From: Scyliorhinus canicula
Lineage: Eukaryota
Direction of reading: 5' to 3'
NCBI RefSeq assembly: GCF_902713615.1
Contig: NC_052173.1
Coordinates: forward strand, 12,410,152 to 12,474,151
DNA: 64,000 nucleotides
The translations under genes were made by a program, and so were the position numbers. The notes below the pieces were generated by a model. It did no database searches. It was not told the DNA's origin and saw nothing but the letters and a program-made list of their open reading frames with translations. Shown here one piece after another: positions 48,701-60,365 of the stretch. Every line of letters begins with the position of its first letter. Positions within the stretch are counted from its first letter, which is position 1.

Positions 48701-51700
48701 TGGGTCACTGTCTGTGTGGAGTTTGCACATTCTCCCTGTGTTTGTGTGGGTCTCACCCCCACAATCCAAAGATGTTCAGGGTAGGTGAATTGGCCACGCT
48801 ACATTTGGCCCTTAATTGGAAAAAAAATTAGTCTGAATCTATCTTGATGATGCGTTGCTGCTTGCTTGGCCTGCGCACTGCTTGGCCTGCGCACTATTTT
48901 CCATGTTTTACCAGAGCTGTTAATTGGTCTGTAGAGAAAGGCAAAAAAAATCACTTGAAGTAAAAACTAAATAGTTTTTAATGTGTTATTGTTATTTCGT
49001 TTTATCTTTTCAAATTTGGAGGTCTTTTGGAGAATTGTCCTGTTTATGGTCATTAAATCTGGTAGGGATCCTACCAGTTTGTTGCTGAACTATGTGTTTG
49101 ATCCTTGAAAAAAAAATAGATTTCAATTAATTTTCAGTGATCCTGTGGATGTCCAAGTCCTAGTGATGGATTATGCCTTGGTTCCTCTCCAGCCTAGTGG
49201 TAAAATATGCAATCAAGGCCTGGCGATGGATTTTGCAGCCAGTCTTTGGTGGTCTAGTGGCTATCTGTACAATGAATCCATGCCAGGCTAGTGCCAGCTC
49301 TGCCTAGCTGTTTTGGATTATGTCTTGACTGTTAACACACTAGACTATTGGTGAATTATGCAGCCAGTTGTTGGAAGATTAATAGTGGCCTGTGTCCTTG
49401 CTACCTGAAGGAACGGTAGTGGATATCCTGGGAAGTGGGGGAGGCGAGAAGGTCCACCTGTTTTTTCTGGTAGCCAAAAAAACAACACTATATATAGTTT
49501 ACAGTTTCAATCCCCAAATATTCAAAGCTCAGGGTACCAACATGAAAACACCTTGAATACTTGTTACTGAAAGATAACAACGAAATACCTGAAAGATAAC
49601 ACCAAAATACCTGATGTACGTGGACTGCTTTTAAAAGAGACCCTTGCACCTGTATCTTGCACCTGTATCTTGCGGATACATCACAAAGTATTTCATATAC
49701 AATGAAGTATTTTGAAGCCAACTGACTTAGCAAGGAGGCAAATGCAGCAGCAATTTTGTACAAATCAAAATCCTAAGACACAATACATCACTGACCAATG
49801 CATTTCTATTTGGCGATGATCCCACAGACAGCAATGAGACCAAGGAGCAGCTCGTCTACTTTGGTTGTGATTGGCGCACAATTGGATCCCACAACCAGAA
49901 CCCAGAGCCATGATCAGTTCATCTGTTTTGGCGGCGGTTTACGCAGCGCAAGATCCCAACATGAACAACGTGGCCAACCACCAGCTGGATGGCATTGGTC
50001 TTTTTGCGCACAGCAGGATCCCATAAAGAGTTGTGAGATCTCTGATCACCTGGTCAGCTTTAATGGCATTTTGCGCACAGCAATGGGATGAGTAACCAGG
50101 GGAGCTGCTCTGGTGGTTGGTGTATGGAGTACTGCCCAGAAACACAAATCAGATCAGTGCCCATCTGGTCTTTCAGGGGTGGCTTGCGCACAGCAAGATC
50201 CCATGAGCACCAATGAGATCAGTGGCTAGTTGGTCTGCTCTGTTGTTAGGCGCACAGCAGGATCCCATAGTCAGGAGATCTCTGATCACGGGTCTATTTT
50301 AGTGATGTTTGCGCGCAGCAAGATCCCACGCACGCAGTCAGATCAACGAGCGCTCCAGTCTTTATTGGTTGGGTGCACAGCAAGATCCCACACACAGCAA
50401 TGCGGCCAGTCCACTGCTTTGGTGTTTCGCGCACAGCAACATCGCAGACATAGGCCCTTTGATTTAATTTTTTGGCGCCAGTTCGCATACAACAAGATTG
50501 CAGTGGCGCCAATGAGATTAGTGAGCCGCCCTTCCTCCCTGAATATTGGGCACTGTTTGCCATGAATTAAATGTTGCCCAGATCAGAAGGAGAACTCTAA
50601 TCTTCAAATGGCCGCATGGGATCTGTCTATACTGTACACAGATCTATACACATACATCTCCTGTACACACAGACATCTGTACACACATCTATATGCAGAC
50701 ATCTGTACACAAACATCTACTGTACACAAACATCTGTACACACACATCTACTGTACTCAGACATCTGTACATAGACATCTGTACACATCTATACAGACAT
50801 TTTCTGTACACATCTATAGACATTTACTGTACACACATCTACTGTACACAGACATCTACTGTACACATCTATACAGACATTTTCTGTACACATCTATAGA
50901 AATTTACTGTACACACATCTACTGTACACAGACATCTACTGTACACATCTGTACACATCTACTGTAAACACCTGTACACAGGCATTTACTGTAAATACCA
51001 GTACACAGACATTTACTGTACACACCTGTACACAGACATCTACTGTACACACCTGTACACAGACATCTACTGTACACATCTGTACACCCATCTGTACACA
51101 GACATTTACTGTAAACACCTGTACACAGACATCTACTGTACACACATCTATACACTGACATCCATTGTACACTGACATATACACCAGCATTCGCAGGGGA
51201 GTTTGTTTTTATTACCGATTGCGTCCATAATCTGAATCGACTGACTTTAGTTACACACATTGCGCAGTGTTAGAGACCCAGCTGTTTGCAACTTTATTCT
51301 GGGATAAATCAACTACAGATGCTGAAGGTGGGGGATCAGTTTCTAACTAGTACATATTTTTCTGGAGAAAGCGGTTGACATGCGAGTTTGCAATGCCTGT
51401 ACATTTGCTGTGTAATACTGCAAAGGGTGGACAAAACGTGGTTCCACTTGAGGCGACATGAGCACAGCTGACCGAACCATAACATTCACGCTGCAAACCG
51501 TGGCTGTATATCTAACATCTGTCTGTTTTAGACTTGACACCAGACTGGGAGATTGGAGTCTTCCCTCTCAACGGATACTGGCGGTGTTCAGAGGTCCTGC
51601 TGACCGATAAGGTTTCATATCTGTCTACATTAGGAGGGAAGGGATAGGGGGGGAGGGTCGGTTTTCTCCTCCAGGCACCAAACTTTACCTGTGACTACCG

Positions 51701-54157
51701 GCATCTGTTCATCACGACCATGTCACTGAACTTTAAAGGTCCTACAGTAACCCATCCCGATCCCAGAACCACAATCACTTCAAAAGCAATGCGAACACTA
51801 TATGGGGAACTTTTACCTCAATCAGCGGGATCGCCAGAACTGACCCCAACTCACAGCTTTGCTTTTGCCTCTTGTTTTTTTTTAAACTTTTATTTCCCAG
51901 CAATTTGCAAAGATAACAAACGTGTACAACGCAGAAAGCACCCGTGCTGCATGTCACACTTTCCAACATCTCCAGCAAACCCGAGGGGGTCACAAACCAT
52001 TGGATAGAGTTCTAAAGACCCTGAAAATACCCGGCTTGTAAAAGTGGTACATTTCACCCATATTTATTTAAAATAAAGTTCCGCGCCTGACAAAAGTAAC
52101 ACTCCAAATAAAGTCGCAAAACAAATTCAAATATGTTGCAGACGAACTGAAGCAGAAACTAAGACTTCCCCTGAAAATGATCAATCGTTTTGACATTAAA
52201 CCGGTGGGGTATTCTCAGGCTATCGAATAAATATTCATCTCAGAAGCACTCACACCAGCTGTCAGAAATTCAGCTTACAACTAAAGCAATAATCACCAAA
52301 GACTCCTTTGTTGTTTACAGTACCTGATCTTTGGCATTTTCATCGTTCAATAAACTCCACTGAATTAAACGGGATCGACCAGTCATGGAGCTGGACCCAG
52401 AGAAATCCTGGACTCTTGTTCCACATTAGATTTTTTAATTAACCTTAAATAATGGTTGAATTGAGTACTGCACATAGCTCCAGAGAGCAAAAGCATTGAG
52501 AAATATTGCTACATTTCAAACGTGAGGAATTACTTCGAATTGATTTGTCAAAGGCATCAGACGAGACAGCCAGGCAATTATTGCAATGTTTTACAGGTTT
52601 TCAGGAAATGGGGAACTTTTAGCATTGGAATTATTTATTCACGTTGAACAAAACCTCATTTCATTTCGTTTAATTCTCGGTGGCGGGTAGGCTCCCTAAT
52701 TTTCCTGCCTCCCTCTAGATTCTAACTTTGGGCGAATGTTTAAATCCTAAAATTCAGACGGGCTCAGAATTGGGAAGCTTCTTGAATCTGTTCTCGAGAG
52801 CAGCAATTCTCTGCGGAGAAAGAAACAGGGTTAACAGTTCGAGTCAGGGTAACTCTTCTCCACAGCTCCGAGGAAGAGTCATTGCAGACCTGAAACTTTA
52901 ACTCTGTTTCTCAGACCTGCTGAGTTTATCCAGCATTTTCGGATTTCCATTTTGCTTTTATCCCAGTTTCCCCCTAAACCCCTTTAAAAATAAAAGTTCA
53001 CCACCTTCAAAAATGCAGTATTTACTAGCTGGTTGTGTACATTAATTGTTTTGACTCGCAGTAGACTAAACAAATGTATATTTAAAGTGTAACAATCCTG
53101 TTTCAATGACCAGTGTTTTGAAAAGTAAACGGGAGCAACTCTTCAACACCTTCCACCCCCACACGTAACATTATTTTTTGAAAGATTTTGAAGTGCCACT
53201 TTACTGAGCTTGTTCACTGTTATATTTCCCTGTCACTAATTACATTAATTCCCACGTCCTCCTTATTATACAGACGGGAATATTACTCTCGGGTACTTTA
53301 TTTTCCTATTCAAATCAAATATTTTTCCTATTCAAATCAAATATTTTTCCTATTCAAGTCAAATATTTTTCCTATTCAAGTCAAATATTTTTAGAATTTA
53401 TGCATTTATTACTTCAAAAAGCATTTTAACAGAGTTCCAGATATACTTTCTTTTACTCATTGAGTTGCTAATTAGATAACGTTTAATTTTTACACCAATT
53501 TAATTGTATAGATTTTGGATTAATGGGTCTCACACCCTTAACACTTTTGCAACATGTGTTAATGTTGCCTCAATTCATTCTCAAAGATATTTCAGATCTC
53601 AAGCCCATTGTCTCAATAAAGGAAAGGTTAAATTTTGGTCTTTACCCCCATTATCTCTTCATTCTTTGCTTTTTCCAGGACATTTATCGTTTTGCTTACC
53701 ACTTTAATATTTGCTTTCAAAGTAAGGTTTTAGTTTGCACAGATTCATATTTTAACTTTCTTTTTCTTCACAAGTGCACGTTTGCCAACATATTTACCGT
53801 GTTGAGCCCCAGGTTGCCCCGCACAGAGGGAGGGGTGACCCCATACAGCACCGCTGCCCCCGCCACTGCCCCCAGCAGCTGAGCTACCATGTACATGACA
53901 CAGCGGAATATGCTCAGCTGCGCCCCCAGCAGGTAGGCGAAGGTAACGGCCGGGTTGAGATGTGCCCCGCTGACATGTCCAACCGCCTGTACCAGGGCAG
54001 CCAGGACAAAGCCAAACCCCAAAGAAACCAGCAGCACGTTCACGGGGCCCGGAGACCATCGCATGGTAAAGCCCAGTCCAAAAAACACGAAGAGCATGGT
54101 GGCAAAAAACTCTGCAAAGACTGCCCTCCAAAAGGAGATAGATTTCAGCTCCCACAT
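42595..54157 (-). CDS. MIP: Lens fibre major intrinsic protein / aquaporin-0, 4 exons, 263 aa (gene span; join 54157-53798, 46387-46223, 44442-44362, 42780-42595)
   Basis: Exon sizes 360+165+81+186 = 792 nt, all GT-AG, phase 0. [15 protein letters not shown] start, two NPA motifs, ...[10 protein letters not shown]...ELKTQAL* end. Same length and exon layout as mammalian MIP. Confidence 0.97.
42872..43107 (-). mobile_element. Type A SINE in MIP intron 3
   Basis: Consensus match. TSD catcttttactttcat. Confidence 0.88.
44362..44442 (-). CDS. MIP: Aquaporin-0 exon 3 (aa 176-202, second NPA); not in the ORF track
   Basis: ttcttcAG|[27 protein letters not shown]|GTAAGA, 81 bp, translated by hand. 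Confidence 0.96.
44525..45565 (+). mobile_element. CR1-group LINE 3' fragment with two nested type A SINEs (44617-44835, 45246-45443) in MIP intron 2
   Basis: [20 protein letters not shown] and FFTQRVV.IW..LP motifs. SINE TSDs taggggcattgag and aaaagggaattgg. Confidence 0.8.
46223..46387 (-). CDS. MIP: Aquaporin-0 exon 2 (aa 121-175)
   Basis: ttctttAG|[55 protein letters not shown]|GTAAGT. Confidence 0.96.
46690..47020 (+). mobile_element. LINE 3' end (CR1/L2 group); second copy at about 57945-58195
   Basis: Shared WNSLP..ctgcagcggttcaagaaggcagctcacca.caccttct.aagg..caa.tagggatgggc tail. Confidence 0.7.
48300..48560 (-). mobile_element. Degenerate Deu-domain SINE
   Basis: cagcaagatcccacaaacaacaatg..at and gggaactccctgctc..ccatgg.atct are the reverse complement of the element at 56385-56790. 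Confidence 0.6.
48631..48828 (+). mobile_element. Type A SINE in MIP intron 1
   Basis: Consensus match. TSD attagtctgaatc. Confidence 0.85.
49670..50630 (-). repeat. Deu-SINE whose ~60-65-bp core segment is tandemly amplified about 11 times
   Basis: gcgcacagca(a/g)gatccca-like motif near 49815, 49874, 49942, 50006, 50073, 50186, 50250, 50311, 50373, 50428, 50485. Both flanks continue the Deu-SINE consensus seen at 48300 and 56385. Confidence 0.7.
50625..51185. repeat. CA-rich minisatellite (acatctactgtacacag variants, 10-17-bp units, local 80-bp higher-order repeat)
   Basis: Directly visible. atacagacattttctgtacacatctataga at 50791 and 50871. Confidence 0.9.
52815..52945. mobile_element. 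Foldback Penelope-type pLTR remnant
   Basis: gaaacagggttaac..ttcgagtc..actcttc / gaggaagagtc..gacctgaaactttaactctgtttc inverted arms, then gacctgctgagttt.tccagca. Confidence 0.6.
53298..53392. repeat. 23-bp tandem repeat x4 (tttttcctattcaaatcaaatat)
   Basis: Directly visible. Confidence 0.9.
53798..54157 (-). CDS. MIP: Aquaporin-0 exon 1 (aa 1-120, first NPA)
   Basis: [21 protein letters not shown]...[11 protein letters not shown]...RGNLGLNT, then donor GTAAAT at 53797. Confidence 0.97.
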
Positions 54158-54276
54158 CGTTCCCGATCTTCCAAAGAGCAGACTATTAAAACAAAACAGA
54201 AAATAAAAAAAAGTGATGAAGTCGTCTCCTGGCTCCTCAAACGTTTCCCCCAAAATTTAATTGCACAGAATGAAGT

Positions 54277-54283
54277 ATTTATA
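54277..54283 (-). promoter_or_regulatory. Putative TATA box of MIP
   Basis: cccc-TATAAAT on the minus strand, about 120 nt upstream of the ATG. Confidence 0.65.
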
Positions 54284-54559
54284 GGGGACTCTGAATCTGA
54301 CAACATTATCTGGGGGAGGGACCTGTCCAGTTTGTCACTGCATTTAACTGTTTCATCTCAGAACACTGGGCATATTCCAATGATTTGGAAGTCAAGGAGG
54401 GGTCACAAAATGAAACAATCAAATGTGAAAATAAATAGTCCACAGAAACACAAATAGCAAAATGACAACTAATACAGAGAGAGAGACGAGGTCGCTATGC
54501 ACAAGATAAACTCACAGATCATGACAATAGTAAACACATTTAAGATAGAAAGGAAGAAA

Positions 54560-56340
54560 ATAGTTAATACACTAGACAAAATTAAAAAAGGATAAAATCC
54601 CTGTATTGCATCCAATCACACTAAAATAAATCAGGGAAGAGCAGGAGGTACAATATATATAATAGAATAGTGCCAGAGGACTGGTGGACAGTTAATGTTA
54701 CTTCCATATTTAAAAAGTGAGATGGAACAAATCCTGGATATTGCACACCAGTTAGCTTGGTGGTAGGAAATATATTGCCACCTTTACTCAAAGGGGTAAT
54801 AGAAAAACTTCTAGAAAATGAAAATGCAACAAGGGAATAGAGTTCAAAAGGGCAGGTCATGCTTGGCCAACCTTATTGAATTATTTGAAGAAGTACAAAC
54901 AGCAGTAAAGGGTAATGTAGTGGAGGTAATCTAAATGGACTTTCAAAATGTCGTCAATAAGGAACAGCATGGTAGACTCATGAGTAGAGCACATGGAGTT
55001 AGAGGACAAATAGCGGAATGGATAGCAAACTGGCTACAAAAACGAGAGCAGATAGAAAGATAGTTACTCAGATTGGCAAAAAGGTGAGAAGTGGTATTTT
55101 TTAGGGATGTGCAGGGCCCACTGGTGTTCACCATTGATATCAACGATTTAGACTCTGGAACCAGAAGAACTATATTAAAATTTGCAAATGACACCAAATT
55201 GGGTGGTGTAGCTGATGTTGAGGAAGACTGCAACAAGATATAAGAAGACATTAACAAACTTGCAGAATGGGTGCCTAAATGGAAAATCAATTTATTTCCT
55301 TTGTTAAAAATGTAATTAAATTTTTTAAAAAAAATTTAGATTACCGAATTATTTTAATTCCAATTAAGGGGCAATTTCTTGTGGCCAATCCACCTACCCT
55401 GCACATCTTTGGGTTGTGGGGGTGAGAGCCATGCAGACACGGGGAAAATGTGCAAACTCCTTACGGATGTGACCCGGGGCCGGGATCGAACCCGAGTCCT
55501 CGGCGCCGTGAGGCAGCAGTGCTAACCACTGCACCACTGTGCCACCCTGGAAAATCTATTTGAATATAGAGAAATGTAAGGTGGTACATTTTCATAGGAG
55601 AAATAAGTAGGTCAAATAATCGTTGAAAGAAGGGTGGCACAGTGGTTAGCACTGCTGCCTACGGCGCTGAGGACCCGGGTTCGAATCCCGGCTCCAGGTC
55701 ACTGTCCGTGTGGATTTTGCACATTCTCCCCGTGTCTGTGTGGGTTTCACCCCCACAACCCAAAGATGTGCAGGGTAGGTGGATTGGCCATGCTAAATTG
55801 CCCCTTACTTGGAAAAAAATAATAATTGAGTACTCTAAATTTATTTTTAAAAATATGCGTTGAACAATAACTCTAAATAGGGTAGAAGGTCAAAGGGGTC
55901 AAGGAGTAGAGATTCACATTAAATGTAGCATCAGAGCTCAACAAAGCCATAAAATTGCTAACATAGCACTGGAATAGAATTCAAAGGCAGAAAAGTTATA
56001 TATCAAACTTACATGAAACCTCAATATGACCACACATAATAATATGCACAGTTTTAGCCTCCATTTTGCAAAAAAAAGAAACATTGAAGAAGATGCAAAA
56101 ACGATTTAAAAATAAGATATGAGAGCTAAGAGTTTAGAGCTGTCATGAAAAATTGAACAGGATGGGGCCTCTTTTCTCTAGAAGACTGCAGGCTGACCTG
56201 GTAGAGGTCATAAAAATCATGCAGGGATTTAATAGGATAGCCATAGAGATGATCTTTCCAGATCTGGGGGGGCGGGGGGTGCAATGAATATAAAAAAAGT
56301 CACTAATGAATCCAACAAGAAATTGAGGAGAAAGTAATTG
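54560..56340 (+). mobile_element. Old CR1-group LINE RT fragment with two nested, oppositely oriented type A SINEs (55318-55548 minus, 55631-55852 plus)
   Basis: VPEDW..NVT.IFKK, GRSCL.NLIE.FEE, INDLDSG and LKFA.DTKLGG motifs. SINE consensus matches. Confidence 0.8.
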
Positions 56341-56384
56341 GGTGAAATTCAATCTCTGCGTTTTCTCCACTCTGAATTTATGTC

Positions 56385-56790
56385 AGCTATGGTTCTGTGG
56401 GCAGCACTCTCATCTCTGAGTCAGAAGATTGTGGGTTCAAGTGCCATTCCCGAGCTTGAGTACAAACATGAAGGCTAACGTTCCAGTGGAGCACTAAAGG
56501 ACTGTCTTTCAGATGAGATGTTACAGTGAGGCCCTGTCTACCCTCTCAGGCGGGCATCAAATATCCCATGGCACTATTTTAAAGAAGAGCAGGGGGAGTT
56601 ATCCCTGGCCCCCAAGCCAATCAACATCACAGAAACAGATTATGTGATCATTGTCACATTGCGTTTTGTGGGATATTGCTATGTACAAATTAGCCATATT
56701 TCCTACATTACAACAATAGCTACAATTCATCGATACTTCATTGGCTGTGAAACGCTTGGTGGTCATGAAGCATATAAATGCACGTCTTTC
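56385..56790 (+). mobile_element. Deu-domain SINE (SacSINE1/AmnSINE1-like)
   Basis: tRNA-like head (tctgagtcagaag..gtgggttcaagt), ctgtctttcagatgaga, atcccatggcactatttt.aagaagagcagggg, acagattat..cattg..tttgtggga..ttgct and tacttcattggctgtgaa.cgctt segments. Confidence 0.65.
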
Positions 56791-57500
56791 AAGTCTAATC
56801 TGGATTTGGTCAATGATCTCTACACACTCTATGATGAACTGTTCAATAATCTTCACATATAATCCAATCTGAACTCTGTTAAACAATCCATATAGAGGTG
56901 TGAACAAGGGGACATTTATGGACATAATTTCTCTTCTTTTAATGACTAATATTCTCACCTATAGGTTGATCATAAACACCAAATAACACAAACTTTCAGC
57001 ATTAAATAATTTAAATAAACAACACTGCATACTAATGATCGATGCTAGTAAGGGATAGGTAGGGATTATCCAGTGTGCCTTTATTTGCAGGGTTAATACT
57101 GTGATGTGTTGTGGGAGGCGGGGATTTGCTCACATACACGGTCACACAACAATTGGAAACCTTTCTGGTTAATACTGCCATTGTCCGGGAGGATTTAGTA
57201 GGATTTGATACATTAGCCCAGAAAAAGTAATTTCATTTTCTGGAGTTCCAACTGAACACACGTTGAACCATGGATTCAAATATGCCATTGTATACTTGGG
57301 AGATGGTGAATGCAAAGTAGTGAAAACCTAACGTGAATATAGCTTTGCATACTGGGCAGAAGCCTTGAAAGAGTATGTATGTCGAGGCAGGAGGCTTTGG
57401 AAGTGCAAAATGCAGTATCGTTGCACACATTACATTGAGAGGAGGATGTTGTGCTCTCTCTTCAGGTGTTCTTCCTCTCTCCTTTAAATCTACCGTAATC

Positions 57501-57725
57501 GGGCAGCACGGTGGCGCAGTGAGTTAGCCCTGCTGCCTCACGGCGCCGAGGTCCCAGGTTCTATCCCAGCTCTGGGTCACTGTCTGTGTGGAGTTTGCAC
57601 ATTCTCCCTGTGCCTGCGTGGGTTTCGTCCCCACAACCCAAAGATGTGCAGGCTAGGTGGATTGGTCACACTAAATTGCCCCTTAATTGGAAAAAATGAA
57701 TTGGGTACTCTAAATTTAAAAAAAA
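57501..57725 (+). mobile_element. Type A SINE
   Basis: Consensus match. TSD aaatctac(c/a)gtaatc. Confidence 0.88.
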
Positions 57726-57729
57726 ATCT

Positions 57730-58705
57730 ACAGTAATCACCCTCTGCTCAAAAAAACCCCCTTAATCCCATTATCCTTGCAAATTGCCACCACATCTCCA
57801 ACCTCTCCCAATTTCTTTAATGTGTTGCCTCCCGAATCCTTTCCCACCTTTTCCAGAACTCCATGTTCAAATCAGATTTCTTCCCCGACCCCATTGCCAA
57901 AATGACTCTTGTCAAAGTCACAAATGATATACTATGTAACTGTGACAAGGGCAGCAGATGCATCGGAACATAACTTGCAGGTTTTCCTCCGAGTCACCTA
58001 CGATCCTTACTTGGAAATATATCGGCCGCTCCTTCACTGTCCTGGGTCAAAATCCTGGAACTCCCTCCCTAACAACACAATGGGTGTACCTACACCACAG
58101 GGACTGCAGCGGTTCAAGAAGGCAGCTCACCATCACCTTCTCAAGGGGCAATTAGGGATGGGCCAGCAATACCAATATCCCATGAATGAATATAAATGAA
58201 AATGCAGTACTGCTGGCTTCTCACGTTCTATCTTCCATGACGTTCAAGTTCTCTAAAATTCTGCTGCCCATATCTTAACTTGCACCAAGTTCCATTACCC
58301 TAAAACATCTGTGCATGCTGACTTACGCTGGCTGCTGGTTAAGCAACAGCTTGATTTTAAAATTCACATCCTTTTCAAATTCCTTCATGGCCTCATCCCT
58401 CCCTATCTCTGGAATCTCTTGCAACTCTACAACACTCTCAAGATATCAAGATATCCATGCTCTGAGCAGCCCCAATTTTAATTGCTACACCATTGGCAAC
58501 CATTGCCCAGTTCCTAAGCTCTGGAATTCTCACTTCTCCACCTCTCTGCTTCTCTTTCCTCATTTAAGATGCACCTCAACACCTACCTCTTTGACAAAGC
58601 TTTTGATTATCTGCTCTAATACCATCTTGGTGTCAAATTATTTTATAATGCTCTTATGAAGCACCATGGGTGTTTTATAGTGCCACAGGCGTGAGATAAA
58701 TATAA
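57730..58705 (+). mobile_element. Degenerate L2-type LINE fragments with a nested LINE tail
   Basis: Eroded ITPLLKKP.L.P..LAN..ISNL, QNSAA.IL and PKLWNS motifs. Confidence 0.55.
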
Positions 58706-58749
58706 GTGTTGGACTCCTGAAATAACAGCAGGAGCCATTCAGATACATG

Positions 58750-60127
58750 AAATGACAGTGCACGTTACATAGAGGATAGACCTGAAATAACAGTGCATGT
58801 TACATAGAGGATAGACCTGAAATAACAGAGCATGTTACATAGAGAATAGACCTGAAATAACAGTGCATGTTACATAGAGAATAGACCTGAAATAACAGAG
58901 CACGTTACATAGAGAATAGACCTGAAATAACAGAGCACGTTACATAGAGGATAGACCTGAAATAACAGTGCACGTTACACAGAGGATAGACCTGAAATAA
59001 GAGGACATATTATATAGAGGATAGACCTGAAATAACAGTGCACATTACATAGAGGATAGACCTGAAATAACAGAGCACGTTACATAGAGAATAGACCTGA
59101 AATAACAATGCATGTTACATAGAGGATAGACCTGAAATAACAGTGCATGTTACATAGAGGATAGACCTGAAATAACAGTGCACATTACATTCAGGATAGA
59201 CCTGAAATAACAGTGCATGTTACATAGAGGATAGACCTGAAATAACAGTGCACATTACATTCAGGATAGACCTGAAATAACAGAGCACGTTACATAGAGG
59301 ATAGACCTGAAATAACAGTGCATGTTACATAGAGGATACACCTGAAATAAGAGGACACGTTATATAGAGGATAGACCTGAAATAACAGTGCACATTACAT
59401 TCAGGATAGACCTGAAATAACAATGCACATTACATTCAGGATAGACCTGAAATAACAATGCACATTACATAGAGGATAGACCTGAAATAACAGTGCATAT
59501 TACATAGAGGATAGACCTGAAATAACAGTGCACATTACACAGAGGATAGACCTGAAATAACAGTTCACGTTACATAGAGGATAGACCTGAATGACAGTGC
59601 ACATTACATTTAGGACAGACCGGAAATAACTGTATCCATTACATTCAGGACAGACCTGAAATAACTGTATACATTACATTCAGGACAGACCTGAAATAAC
59701 TGTATACATTACATTCAGGACAGACCTGAAATAACTGTATACATTACATTTAGGACAGACCTGAAATAAATGTATACATTACATTCAGGACAGACCTGAA
59801 ATAACTGTATACATTACAGTCAGGACAGACCTGAAATAACAGTGCACATTACAGTCAGGATAGATCTGAAATAACTGTATACATTACATTCAGATAGACC
59901 TGAAACAACAATGCACTTTACATTCAGGATAAACCTGAATTAACAGTGTACGTTACATTTAGGATAGACCTGAAATAACAATTCAGACTACATTCACGGG
60001 TTTTCTGAAATAACAGTGCACATTACATTCACATAGACCTGAAATAACTGTGCACGTTACGCTCATGATAGTGCTGAAATGACAGTGCACATTACATTCA
60101 GGATAGTCCCAAAATAACAGTGCACAT
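58750..60127. repeat. 35-bp minisatellite, about 39 copies (gaaataacagtgcacattacatagaggatagacct)
   Basis: Head-to-tail units with no unique spacers. Variant gradient along the array. Confidence 0.95.
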
Positions 60128-60365
60128 TGTTAATATTAAATGTCAGTATATGATGGAGGAATAATACAACAAATTGCATTTTACCTTCAGCAAGCTTATT
60201 CTGCATCCAACTCAGCAGCAATACAAACCCCATAGAGTTACAGTACATCAGCTGTGTCCACTTGTACTCTTTTTGAGGCTGAGTCAATGACCATTACCTT
60301 ACTTTAATAAGGCAATTAGTTTAATAATGTAATTGTCACATCATGCACTTGCTGATACATTGACA
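60128..60365 (-). repeat. 3' LTR of the copia relic (238 bp)
   Basis: TG...CA ends with imperfect inverted termini, immediately after the polypurine tract (about 60369-60384). Confidence 0.7.

Noticed and set aside
50546-51260. Cys/His/Thr-rich repetitive ORFs resembling metal-binding proteins
   Set aside because: They are translations of the CA-rich minisatellite in several frames on both strands.
53774-54457. 227-aa plus-strand ORF and other ORFs overlapping MIP exon 1
   Set aside because: Antisense or alternate-frame shadows of a GC-rich coding exon with no recognisable domain. The extension to 54253 starts at a non-ATG codon upstream of the conserved MWEL start.
58750-60127. CRISPR-like regular 35-bp periodicity
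   Set aside because: Units are contiguous with no unique spacers, there are no cas genes, and the context is vertebrate. It is a minisatellite.
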